A DNA stretch of 64,000 bases from an uncultured Granulicella sp. (lineage in GTDB: Bacteria > Acidobacteriota > Terriglobia > Terriglobales > Acidobacteriaceae). The position numbers and the translations under genes were made by a program. The stretch's first letter is position 1; each line of letters begins with the position of its first letter. Below are positions 42,917 to 51,819 of the stretch, in pieces. Location: positions 1,845,518-1,909,517 of the forward strand of contig OZ243923.1 of assembly GCA_965213835.1 (NCBI GenBank). Direction: 5' to 3'. Under the pieces are notes generated by a model. The model ran no database searches and had not been told where the DNA came from. It worked only from the letters and a program-made list of their open reading frames with translations.

Positions 42917-45838
42917 ATGCCGTCCCGTCTCCTCCAGAATATGAACGACCAGCAGCAGCTGGGCATCCAGGCCGTCGACGGCCCCGTGCTCCTGCTCGCC
43001 GGCGCCGGCTCCGGCAAGACCCGCGTCGTCACCCACCGCATCGCCTACCTCATTGAAGAGCGCGGAGCCTCGCCCGACTCCATCCTCGCCGTCACCTTTA
43101 CCAACAAGGCCGCCAAGGAAATGGCCGAGCGCGTGGATAAAATTCTCGGCCACTCCTCGCTCGCGAAGCCGACGCTGTCCACCTTCCACTCCTTCTGCGT
43201 CCGCGTCCTTCGCCGCGATATCGAAGCGCTCCAGGTCGGCGGCAAAGGCCTCACCCGCACCTTCGCCATCTATGACGAAACCGACCAGCAGGCCGTCGTC
43301 AAATCCGCCCTCAAGCGCCTCAACCTCGACGACAAGTCCCTCAAGCCACGCGTCGCCCTCGGCCGTATCTCCTGGGCCAAGAACCACATGATCGACCCCC
43401 AGGAGTACTTCCTCGCCAGCACCAACCCGCAGGAAGAAAAGATCGCCCACATCTTCGAGATCTACAAAAAGGAGCTCGCAAAGGCCAACGCCCTCGACTT
43501 CGACGACCTCCTGCTCGAAACCGTGCGCCTGCTCAAATCCTCCGCCGAGGTGCGCGAACGCTACAACCGCCGCTTCCAGCACGTCATGATCGACGAGTAC
43601 CAGGACACCAACAAGCCCCAGTACGAGCTCATGAAGCTGCTCGCCGGCACCCGCAAAAACATCTGCGTCGTCGGCGATGAAGATCAGTCCATCTACTCCT
43701 GGCGCGGCGCCGACATCAAAAACATCCTCGACTTCGAAAAGGACTTCCCCAACGTCCAGACCATTCGCCTGGAGCAGAACTACCGCTCCACCCAGATGAT
43801 CCTCGAAGGCGCCTCCGCCGTCGTCGCGCAGAACACCCAGCGCAAGGGCAAAAACCTGTGGACCGCGCGCGAAGGCGGCTCGCTCATCGGCCTCTACGAA
43901 GGCCCCGACGGCGAAAACGAAGCCCTCTTCATCGCCGACCGCATCCGCAAATACCTCCGCGACGCCCAGCAGGTCGAAACCGACGAGCCCGCCCGCTGCG
44001 CCGTCCTCTACCGCACCAACTCGCAGTCTCGCCTGGTCGAAGAGGCCCTCCGCCGCTACGGCATCGCCTACCACATGGTCGGCGGCTTCTCCTTTTACGA
44101 CCGCGCCGAGGTCAAGGACATCCTCTCCTACCTCAAGCTCGTCCAGAATCCGCACGACTCCGTCGCCCTCGGCCGCGTCGTCAACTCCCCTCCCCGCGGC
44201 ATCGGCAAAACCACCATGGACACCCTCGAGCGCATGGCCCTTTCCACCGGCATGAGCACGTGGGACGCCATCGCCCACGCCATCCAGGAGAAGCTCCTGC
44301 CCGCCCGCGCCCTTGACGCCCTCGGCAAGTTTCGCCGCCTCATCGAAGACGCCCGCGCCATGCTGGGCCCCGACTTCGCCGCCGCCCTGATCGCCGACAC
44401 GGGTTCCCCATCGCTCGAATCCACCACCAATCCGGGTGCCCCACGTCTCGACTCTGAGACGTGGGAAGCTGCGCCGCAGAACGCCAACGAAGACGAAGAC
44501 AGCAGCTTCGACTTCGCCGCTTCCTCCATGAGCGACGATGCAGATGAAAATTCCCTTCCCGACGAAGCTCCCGACCACAGCTCCACCACCGCCTTCGACA
44601 CCACCTTCAACTTCGGCTTCGACTTCGGCCCATCCGAAGAGATCTCCACCATCGCTCCCGAAAACCACACCGACTCCGACTCCGCCCACCAGATCGACTC
44701 CGCCACCTTCAACCCCTTCGCCCCGGTAGTCCCCAAAGAATCCGCCAGCGAAGCTTCCGCCGCCGCACGCCGAGCCGTAGCCGCCGAAGACCGCGCCGCT
44801 GCGTCTCAAGATCAGGCCGAGCCCGCCCCCTTCCGCAAACCCGGCGACCCCGCCACCCTTCCCGAACTCATCAAGTTCCTCAACGACCGCTCCGGATACA
44901 TCCGCGCCCTTGAAGACGAAGCCACGCCCGAATCCTTCTCCCGCATTGAAAACCTGAAGGAACTCGCCAACGCCGCCCAGGACGCCACCAGCCGCGGCGA
45001 AACCCTGCATGAGTTCCTCGACCACGCCGCCCTGGTCTCGGACGCGGACTCCTACTCCGCCGAAGCCCGCGTCACCCTCATGACCCTACACGCCGCCAAG
45101 GGCCTCGAGTTTCCCCTCGTCTTCCTCGCCGGCATGGAAGAAGGCCTCTTTCCCCACTCCCGCACCTTCACCGACCCCACCGGATTGGAAGAAGAACGCC
45201 GCCTTTGCTACGTCGGCATGACCCGCGCCATGGACACCCTCGTCATGACCCGCGCACGCTACCGCCGCCGCTACGGCTCGGACATGCCGGAAGCCTCGGT
45301 CCCCAGCCGCTTCCTCGAAGAAGTCCCCGGCCGTCTGGTCGAAGACCTGGGCAGCCCACCCGCGCAGCCCCAGTTCGGCTACGGCAGCGCCGCGGGCCTG
45401 GGCGGAACCAACTTTTCCACCCCCTACCCCCAGCGCGGACGCTACGGCTCCGCCCCCCAGACCGTCGATCAATATAATCAGGGAGACCAGCACCACGACT
45501 ACGAAAACGATTCCCAGGCGCCCCATGCGCCCGCGTCCTATAAAAAACCAGCAGCCCAGCAATCCCCGTCCAAATCGCTCGACAACGTGGCCAGCTTCTT
45601 CGCCCAGCGAGGCGTAGCTCCCGGCGGCCAGAAATTCTCCCGCCCCAAGCTCGACATCCCCACCCCCACCGGCAAAACCGGCCTTTCCAAGGGCTCCCGC
45701 GTCCGCCACCCCAAGTACGGCGAAGGTGTCATCTTCGAGCGCCTCGGCGAAGGTGAAGACGCCAAGCTCACCGTAAACTTCGCGAAACACGGAGTCAAAA
45801 AACTTGTAGAGAAATTCGCCCAGCTTGAACGGATCTAG
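42917..45838 (+). CDS. uvrD: UvrD/PcrA-family SF1 helicase with large acidic insertion
   Basis: AGAGSGKT, TFTNKAA, DEYQD, VGDEDQSIY, QNYRS, HAAKGLEF, EERRLCYVGMTRA; C-terminal RVRHPKYGEG domain. Confidence 0.92.
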   Translation: MPSRLLQNMNDQQQLGIQAVDGPVLLLAGAGSGKTRVVTHRIAYLIEERGASPDSILAVTFTNKAAKEMAERVDKILGHSSLAKPTLSTFHSFCVRVLRRDIEALQVGGKGLTRTFAIYDETDQQAVVKSALKRLNLDDKSLKPRVALGRISWAKNHMIDPQEYFLASTNPQEEKIAHIFEIYKKELAKANALDFDDLLLETVRLLKSSAEVRERYNRRFQHVMIDEYQDTNKPQYELMKLLAGTRKNICVVGDEDQSIYSWRGADIKNILDFEKDFPNVQTIRLEQNYRSTQMILEGASAVVAQNTQRKGKNLWTAREGGSLIGLYEGPDGENEALFIADRIRKYLRDAQQVETDEPARCAVLYRTNSQSRLVEEALRRYGIAYHMVGGFSFYDRAEVKDILSYLKLVQNPHDSVALGRVVNSPPRGIGKTTMDTLERMALSTGMSTWDAIAHAIQEKLLPARALDALGKFRRLIEDARAMLGPDFAAALIADTGSPSLESTTNPGAPRLDSETWEAAPQNANEDEDSSFDFAASSMSDDADENSLPDEAPDHSSTTAFDTTFNFGFDFGPSEEISTIAPENHTDSDSAHQIDSATFNPFAPVVPKESASEASAAARRAVAAEDRAAASQDQAEPAPFRKPGDPATLPELIKFLNDRSGYIRALEDEATPESFSRIENLKELANAAQDATSRGETLHEFLDHAALVSDADSYSAEARVTLMTLHAAKGLEFPLVFLAGMEEGLFPHSRTFTDPTGLEEERRLCYVGMTRAMDTLVMTRARYRRRYGSDMPEASVPSRFLEEVPGRLVEDLGSPPAQPQFGYGSAAGLGGTNFSTPYPQRGRYGSAPQTVDQYNQGDQHHDYENDSQAPHAPASYKKPAAQQSPSKSLDNVASFFAQRGVAPGGQKFSRPKLDIPTPTGKTGLSKGSRVRHPKYGEGVIFERLGEGEDAKLTVNFAKHGVKKLVEKFAQLERI
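44434..44465 (+). repeat. REP-like palindrome inside the uvrD coding sequence
   Basis: gggtgcccc-acgtctc-gactct-gagacgt-ggg, read in frame within PGAPRLDSETW. Confidence 0.7.
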
Positions 45839-46206
45839 TCGCTGCTGTTCTTCTCCTTGAAGTAATAGCCCAAAACAAAGGCCAGCAAAGAGCCGAAGGT
45901 GCTTGTCAGAAAGGTGCCCACCTGAGTAAGGGCCGGCAAGAATGCCTTATCAATCAATTGTTCCGCTTGACCGGGGCGAATCAGCGCAATCAGCAGCACG
46001 CTGACAAGAAGCAGCCCCGTACACAGTGCGAAGGTACACGCAATGATCAATGCAATCCAGCTCGCATAGCGTTCCTTCGCTACGCTCACCTCGCCGAGAT
46101 CAGCCGAAGCTCGTACGACCGACGAGGCCGCGAAGGTTCCACCCTGCTTCCCATGCACAGGATCGGGTGCAACCAACATCGGGTCGATCAGTTCGGCTTC
46201 GGCCAT
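45835..46206 (-). CDS. Hypothetical two-TM membrane protein
   Basis: Hydrophobic WIALIIACTFALCTGLLLVSVLLIAL and FLTSTFGSLLAFVLGYYF; TAATG coupling to the upstream RHH gene. Confidence 0.65.
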   Translation of the reverse strand: MAEAELIDPMLVAPDPVHGKQGGTFAASSVVRASADLGEVSVAKERYASWIALIIACTFALCTGLLLVSVLLIALIRPGQAEQLIDKAFLPALTQVGTFLTSTFGSLLAFVLGYYFKEKNSSD

Positions 46207-46418
46207 TAGGGAATCAGAAGATGCTTGGTAGCACCGTTCTGGTCAACGATCTCGATCTGCTGAATGCCATTATTCTGCGGCAGCGCACCTTTCAGGTACC
46301 GATAGACCGCAATCGCATTCCGGATAACTTCTGCCTTTGAGCTGGCAGAGGTCGTCTCCACAAGACGTTCCAGATTGCTGTTGAACGTCTTATCCGCTTC
46401 CAACGTGATTCGTGGCAT
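46206..46418 (-). CDS. Putative ribbon-helix-helix (CopG-like) DNA-binding protein
   Basis: MPRITLEA beta-strand, helix, SKAEVIRNAIAVY second helix; GGAG RBS. Confidence 0.6.
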   Translation of the reverse strand: MPRITLEADKTFNSNLERLVETTSASSKAEVIRNAIAVYRYLKGALPQNNGIQQIEIVDQNGATKHLLIP

Positions 46419-46537
46419 ATCCCACTCCATTGGTGAACTCTCTAAGTCTACCGCAACTTGCAGTAGAATAAAGATTCGATGCGCGCCGGCTCATAGTCCA
46501 TGCCGGCCATCAAAAGTTCAAGACGAGGAAAACCACC

Positions 46538-46693
46538 ATGGCCAACACCACGATGATCACCGACAAGATCGAGCGCAAGAAGATCAAGCGCGCCGCCCGC
46601 AAGAAGGCCGCTCCCAAAAAGCCCCGCACCGGAGCCCGCGGCGAAAACAAGCAAAAGCTCAAGAAGGCCACCCGCGGCCAGTCCAAGCGATAG
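46538..46693 (+). CDS. Small Lys/Arg-rich protein (51 aa)
   Basis: Below ORF-track cutoff. MANTTMITDKIERKKIKRAARKKAAPKKPRTGARGENKQKLKKATRGQSKR*; RBS gagga, host-like codons, own terminator. Confidence 0.75.
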   Translation: MANTTMITDKIERKKIKRAARKKAAPKKPRTGARGENKQKLKKATRGQSKR

Positions 46694-46710
46694 AAATTCA
46701 GCAGAGAGGA

Positions 46711-46749
46711 CCCGCCAGCATCCCTTGCGATCCTGGCGGGCCTTCTTTT
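46711..46749 (+). terminator. Intrinsic terminator
   Basis: cccgccag...ctggcggg stem followed by ccttctttt. Confidence 0.6.
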
Positions 46750-46819
46750 GCGCTGATCGCGTTCCCTTTCCCATTGGCGAGCACGTTACTCAAGGTAAAC
46801 TCCGTTTCAGGAGCGTGCA

Positions 46820-48388
46820 TTGCCCCTCACCCGACAACTCTTTCGCACCAAGTCCATCGACAAGCTCATCGCCGAGTCTGAAGAGCCGCGGCACCAGCTC
46901 AAAAAGACCCTCGGCCCCGTCTCCCTTACCGCTCTCGGCATCGGCGCGGTCATCGGCTCGGGCATCTTCACCGTTATCGGCACCGCCATCGGCGGCAATC
47001 CGTCCGCCACCAGAACCTGGGCTGAATCCCCCATCATCGACCTCGCCTGGGGCGCGTTCCACCACACCACCGGAGCCGTCGCCGGACGCCCCGGAGCCGG
47101 CCCCGCCCTTGTCCTTTCGCTCGTCCTCGTCGCCATCGTCTGCGGCCTCACGGGCCTCTGCTACGCCGAGCTCGCCAGCATGATTCCCATCGCCGGCTCC
47201 GCCTACACCTACACCTACGCCACCCTCGGCGAGCTCGTCGCCTGGATCATCGGCTGGGACCTCATCCTCGAATACGCCTTCTCCAACATGAGCGTCTCCG
47301 TCGGTTTCGCCGCGCACGTCGTCGATCTCCTCGACTGGCTGCACATCCATCTCGACCCCAAATGGCTTTCCCCCGCCTACCTTCCGCTCGGCCTTCAGGA
47401 CCTCGCCGGCAAAGACATCTTCGCCCCCGGCTGGCACTTCGGCTTCGATTTCCCCGCCTTCATCATCGTCCTTCTGCTCACCGTCGTCCTCGTCCGCGGC
47501 ATCCAGGAGTCCGCCCGCACCAACAACATCATGGTGCTCATCAAGATCGCCGCCATCCTGCTCTTCGTCGGCTTCGGCGTCTCCTTCATCCACACCTCCA
47601 ATTACCATCCCTTCAGCCCCAACGGCTTTACCGGCATCCTTGCCGGCGGCTCCATCATCTTCTTTACCTATATCGGCTTCGATTCTGTCTCCACCGTCTC
47701 GGAAGAATGCAAGAACCCCGCCCGCGACGTCCCCATCGGCATCATCGCGACCCTCATTATCTGCACCATCCTCTACATCGGCGTTGCCGCCACGCTCACC
47801 GGCCTGGTCAACTGGCAGTCGGTCGCCGGCGACGGAGCCCCCGTCGTCAACGCGCTCAAACGAGTCTCGCTCGAACCCGGCGCGCACCGCCTGCACATCG
47901 TCCGGCTCTTCGTCCTCATCGGCGCCCTCGTCGGCATGGTCTCGTCCATCCTGGTCTTCCAGCTCGGCCAGGCACGCGTCTGGTTCGCCATGAGCCGGGA
48001 CCGCCTGCTCCCCGATATCTTCTCCTCGCTCAACCCCCGCTTCCGCACCCCGGCCTTCGCCACCTGGGTCGCCGGCATCCTGGTCGCCGTCCCCTCCGGC
48101 CTGCTCGACGTAGGAACCTTCGCCGAAATGTCCAACATCGGCACCCTCTTCGCCTTCGTGCTCGTCTCGGTCGGCGTCATCATCCTCCGCTACAAAGACC
48201 CCTCCCGCCGCCGAGGCTTCCGCGTCCCCTTCGGCATCGTCATTCCCGTCCTCAGCACGCTCTTCTGCATCCTGCTCATGGCCGGTCTGCCCGCCGTCAC
48301 CTGGATCCGCTTCTTCGGCTGGCTCGTCATCGGCCTCTTCGTCTATTTCCTCTACAGCCGCAAACGCAGCGAGTTCTACAAAGCCTAG
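46820..48388 (+). CDS. APC-superfamily amino acid permease (cationic amino acid transporter-like)
   Basis: GIGAVIGSGIF, CYAELAS.IP.AGSAYTY, FTYIGFDSVST, RDRLLP, RGFRVP. Confidence 0.9.
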   Translation: MPLTRQLFRTKSIDKLIAESEEPRHQLKKTLGPVSLTALGIGAVIGSGIFTVIGTAIGGNPSATRTWAESPIIDLAWGAFHHTTGAVAGRPGAGPALVLSLVLVAIVCGLTGLCYAELASMIPIAGSAYTYTYATLGELVAWIIGWDLILEYAFSNMSVSVGFAAHVVDLLDWLHIHLDPKWLSPAYLPLGLQDLAGKDIFAPGWHFGFDFPAFIIVLLLTVVLVRGIQESARTNNIMVLIKIAAILLFVGFGVSFIHTSNYHPFSPNGFTGILAGGSIIFFTYIGFDSVSTVSEECKNPARDVPIGIIATLIICTILYIGVAATLTGLVNWQSVAGDGAPVVNALKRVSLEPGAHRLHIVRLFVLIGALVGMVSSILVFQLGQARVWFAMSRDRLLPDIFSSLNPRFRTPAFATWVAGILVAVPSGLLDVGTFAEMSNIGTLFAFVLVSVGVIILRYKDPSRRRGFRVPFGIVIPVLSTLFCILLMAGLPAVTWIRFFGWLVIGLFVYFLYSRKRSEFYKA

Positions 48389-48497
48389 AAAGCGCCGGGC
48401 GCTGGCATGGGCAATCACGCGCCCCGTCCCGCCCAGCCCAACAGACCGCACGCTCAACTGGCAGCAACACTGACTCAGTCAGACGCATCTGAAACCT

Positions 48498-48707
48498 ATG
48501 CAAAACAGCAAATCCGTAGTCCTGAGCCTGGTCCTGACCTTCTTCCTCGGCCCTTTCGGCATGCTCTACAGCACGGTCCCCGGAGCCCTGATCATGCTGG
48601 TCCTCTACGTCGTCCTCGGCATCCTCACCGGAGGCATCGCCATCGCCGTACTCCACCCGATCGCCATGATCTGGGCAGCCGTAGCCGCCGACCGCAGCAA
48701 CCGCTAG
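48498..48707 (+). CDS. Small membrane protein
   Basis: LSLVLTFFLGPFGMLY plus further hydrophobic helices; host-like codons. Confidence 0.7.
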   Translation: MQNSKSVVLSLVLTFFLGPFGMLYSTVPGALIMLVLYVVLGILTGGIAIAVLHPIAMIWAAVAADRSNR

Positions 48708-49166
48708 AAGTTCTCAGGCTGCCATAAGCGCTTTTGCCGAAAACCCCGACTTTGCAGAAGCTTCGTTATTGTCGATTAACTCAGCGTATGAAACGATGTC
48801 TTCGTGAAGGCATTGGCGATAGGTTGGCCCGGCGTTGTTCTCGGAATCTTGACTGCTGCTGGGATGTGGGTATTTCGAGACACGTCGCGCATGTTCGCGG
48901 TCTACTGTGCTGCTCTTTCTTGAGAGCTCGTTTTCCTTGTGGTTTGTGCTCACGCGTAAGCGTCCTGACGGCCTGCGCTAGATTGAAGCGGCGGTTCGTT
49001 AGCTTCTCGGCGCTGCATGTTCCAGAAGCGAGCTTCTGGCAATGGGATTCTTCACATCGCGAAGAACTCTGCACCCGGCCCGGTTTGGAACGTCGTGATT
49101 GCCGATAACCCGACTTCGCGGGAGCTAAAATAACTCCAAGCGGCAGGTACCTTTGAGGACTGAAGG

Positions 49167-49382
49167 ATGCAGTGGTGGCGACGAGCAGTAGGAGTGCTGC
49201 TAATCTCAACGCCCTTACTGGCCCTCGGCTTCTACGCCTTGGGTGGAATAATCCTGGGTTCCATGGGGATGGACATCCACTGGACTTCGAGGATCGTCGC
49301 TTACGTCGCAGAGGCTGCCCTCACTGCAACCCTCGTAGGATGTGTAGCGGTCGGCATCTCGCTCCTGAGACGAAACCCTTGA
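49167..49382 (+). CDS. Small two-TM hypothetical protein
   Basis: Two hydrophobic segments flanked by WRR and RRNP; gaagg RBS. Confidence 0.55.
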   Translation: MQWWRRAVGVLLISTPLLALGFYALGGIILGSMGMDIHWTSRIVAYVAEAALTATLVGCVAVGISLLRRNP

Positions 49383-49442
49383 TGCACCGTTACCGAAAAC
49401 GTGACTTTGCTAGAAGAACAGCCGCCCCGTTAAGCTGAAGCC

Positions 49443-49931
49443 ATGCCTCATCCCTACGGGAAGCTTGAAGGAACGCCACCATGGAACGTGCTTGAACGGG
49501 CGATTCAGGAGTTGGTGGTGAACAAGGACATGGTCGAGACCACCGCACGTCCGTACATCGTTGGCTATATCTGCCAAAGGGTCCAAAAAGTCGAAGAGTG
49601 CCTGCGGCTGCGCTCTATGTACGATCTGAAGTTGGGCCGCGGTCCGTATCCCACGTCCGAAGTCTCGCCCCAACTGTTTCCAGAACCGGAGCCAGGCACG
49701 ATCTCGATGTATTTGGCCGATATCGCAGGGATCGCCAGTCACGGTGAGAGGCTGTTGGCGCTCGAAGTCAGTCGGCGCAATCAGTTTCGGGCACTCACAG
49801 CCCAAAGCTTTGCAGAGCGGTTTCCAGATGTATCGCAGAAAATCACCATGGACCGCACGCCTATTCTGCGTCAGCTGATGAACGACACGGAAGAGGCCCG
49901 GACACTCATAGTAGGAGTTCTCACAGATTGA
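49443..49931 (+). CDS. Hypothetical protein: small N-terminal module fused to a YxiJ-like domain
   Basis: HPY...GTP.W..LE.AI.EL..N.D...TT...YIVGYIC then PYP...YLADIAGIAS...SFAERFPD...EEAR; resemblance recalled, not searched. Confidence 0.5.
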   Translation: MPHPYGKLEGTPPWNVLERAIQELVVNKDMVETTARPYIVGYICQRVQKVEECLRLRSMYDLKLGRGPYPTSEVSPQLFPEPEPGTISMYLADIAGIASHGERLLALEVSRRNQFRALTAQSFAERFPDVSQKITMDRTPILRQLMNDTEEARTLIVGVLTD

Positions 49932-50054
49932 GCCGTACGGTCACTAAAACGGCGACCTTGGCGACGCTAGCCCGACCGGTCGTCCCATGGCTAAAGAACG
50001 GGCTCTTGCCGCAAATCTGGGGTCCTTTGCGGGAGTCAGCCATCGTCGAGTCTC

Positions 50055-50390
50055 TCAGCCAAAGTCTAACAAACCGCTGGTCACAATTCTGTACACAAAG
50101 CTGCAGAAGGCCAGCACTTCGACTGCGCACAATAGGGCGTTGATACGGGCTGTCCGACTACCTCTCGCCTGAAGGAGAGACAGGAAACCCGCTAGAGCGA
50201 TCACTCCGGTTGAGAGTACGAGCCACACCACATCGGCTCTGAAGCCGCCGAGCCGAAAAGCACCAAGCAGATGATCGACAGCGCCCACTCTCGTCTCAGT
50301 TCCCTCGAACCAGGGAAACCAAGACAGTGCGATTAGAACAAGATTGAAGCCGATCACGGCTCTGCAAACGATCAGTCTAGGTGGTGTCAT
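50055..50390 (-). CDS. Hypothetical three-TM membrane protein
   Basis: Three hydrophobic segments from MTPPRLIV. Confidence 0.55.
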   Translation of the reverse strand: MTPPRLIVCRAVIGFNLVLIALSWFPWFEGTETRVGAVDHLLGAFRLGGFRADVVWLVLSTGVIALAGFLSLLQARGSRTARINALLCAVEVLAFCSFVYRIVTSGLLDFG

Positions 50391-50480
50391 GTCCGCCGAT
50401 GTTGCTGAGCAATGATAGACGACTAGCGGAAAACGGCGTTTTCGGAAACTAAGCACCCAGCATTCGGGCAGGACAAGCGC

Positions 50481-51176
50481 CTAACCCACCAGCATCCCCG
50501 CGCTCCCCCTGACAAACTCCGCCACCGCCTCCGGCTGCGACAACACCACAAGATGGCTGGCCGCCACCTCCGTCACCTTCGCCCCGATCCTCGCCGCCAG
50601 CGCACGCTGTGTCTCCGGTGCAAGAATCTTGTCCTCAGTCGTCAGCAGGTACGTACTCGGCTTCGTCTTCCACGCTGGCGTGTCCAACGTTCCGCCAAAG
50701 ATGGCCACGTTCACCGGCCTCTGCGTCACGGTCAGCAGGTTCAGGTAGCCACGGTGAAGGTCATGCCCCAGCGCCTTCTGCGCAAAGTCCGCATTCAGCC
50801 ACAGCAACCCACGTGCATCCGGCGTGATGGTCATCTTCTCCTCAGCCGGAAACATCGCCGAGATGCCTCCGATCACCTCTCCGGCTTCGGGCGTCAACGC
50901 CGTAACATACGCCAGTGCCTTCACCTTCTCATGCACGCCCGCGGCCGTCGCCACCGCACCGCCATACGAGTGTGCCACCAGCAGCACAGGCCCTTCCGCA
51001 TGGTCGAGCAGTGCGTTTAATGCGGCGACATCGCCCGCAAACGTCTGCAGTGGAAGCTGCGCCGTGTGGATCTTATAGCCCTCATGCGCGATCGGCATCA
51101 GCGCCTTGGTCCACACGCTTCCGTCGCACCACGCGCCATGCACAAACACAATCGTTCCCTTGCCCGCTTCCGCCAT
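50481..51176 (-). CDS. Alpha/beta hydrolase
   Basis: VHGAW, AHSYGG nucleophile elbow, D (TEDKIL), H (ASHLVV). Confidence 0.88.
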   Translation of the reverse strand: MAEAGKGTIVFVHGAWCDGSVWTKALMPIAHEGYKIHTAQLPLQTFAGDVAALNALLDHAEGPVLLVAHSYGGAVATAAGVHEKVKALAYVTALTPEAGEVIGGISAMFPAEEKMTITPDARGLLWLNADFAQKALGHDLHRGYLNLLTVTQRPVNVAIFGGTLDTPAWKTKPSTYLLTTEDKILAPETQRALAARIGAKVTEVAASHLVVLSQPEAVAEFVRGSAGMLVG

Positions 51177-51190
51177 CCTGGCCTCTCAAT

Positions 51191-51221
51191 AAAACGGCGC
51201 GGGCACCAATTCACCCGCGCC
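51191..51221 (-). terminator. Probable terminator downstream of ohr
   Basis: ggcgcggg...cccgcgcc stem with aaaa on the + side. Confidence 0.5.
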
Positions 51222-51223
51222 CC

Positions 51224-51257
51224 TTGCCCCATTCATCGCGCCTTTGCGATGAGTGGG
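51224..51257 (+). repeat. REP-like palindrome
   Basis: ttgccccattcatcgcgcctttgcgatgagtggg, near-identical to the 39587 copy. Confidence 0.75.
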
Positions 51258-51266
51258 TGCAGCCAA

Positions 51267-51698
51267 CTAAGCCACCGAAAGATTCACGTCGATATTGCCC
51301 CGAGTCGCATTCGAATACGGGCAAACCTCATGAGCCTCATGCACCAGCTTTTCCGCCGCGGCCTTCTCCATCCCCGGCACATGCACCTTCATCTCCACGC
51401 CAATCCCGAATCCCTTCGCCCCACTTGCCAGCGGCCCGAACGAAACCTTGGAATCAATCGACACATCCTCCGGCAACGTAATCTTCTGCGTGCCCGCCAC
51501 AAACTTCATCGCACCGATGAAGCAAGCCGCATACCCCGCCGCAAACAACTGTTCCGGATTGGTTCCATCGTCCTTGCCGCCCATCTGCTTCGGCAGCCCG
51601 AGCCGCACATCCAGCTTGCCGTCATCGGACTTCGCCGTTCCCTCACGCCCGCCAGTCGCCACCGCGTGCGCCGTATAAACCACCTTGTCCAAAGCCAT
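51267..51698 (-). CDS. ohr: Organic hydroperoxide resistance protein
   Basis: TGGREG, NPEQLFAAGYAACF, VCPYSNATRGN. Confidence 0.95.
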   Translation of the reverse strand: MALDKVVYTAHAVATGGREGTAKSDDGKLDVRLGLPKQMGGKDDGTNPEQLFAAGYAACFIGAMKFVAGTQKITLPEDVSIDSKVSFGPLASGAKGFGIGVEMKVHVPGMEKAAAEKLVHEAHEVCPYSNATRGNIDVNLSVA

Positions 51699-51819
51699 CG
51701 TTCATCTCCCTAGAAACATCTTCCCTCACCTAGGATGATCGTGGCCCCCTTCGCGTAGCATGCACCTCGCGGATTTACCGCCAAGCAACGATTGGCCACT
51801 CCCCCGCTACACTGAAAGG

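Noticed and set aside
48714-48953. 79-aa minus-strand ORF, and also 49928-50143 +
   Set aside because: No RBS, motifs or coding-like composition; treated as spurious
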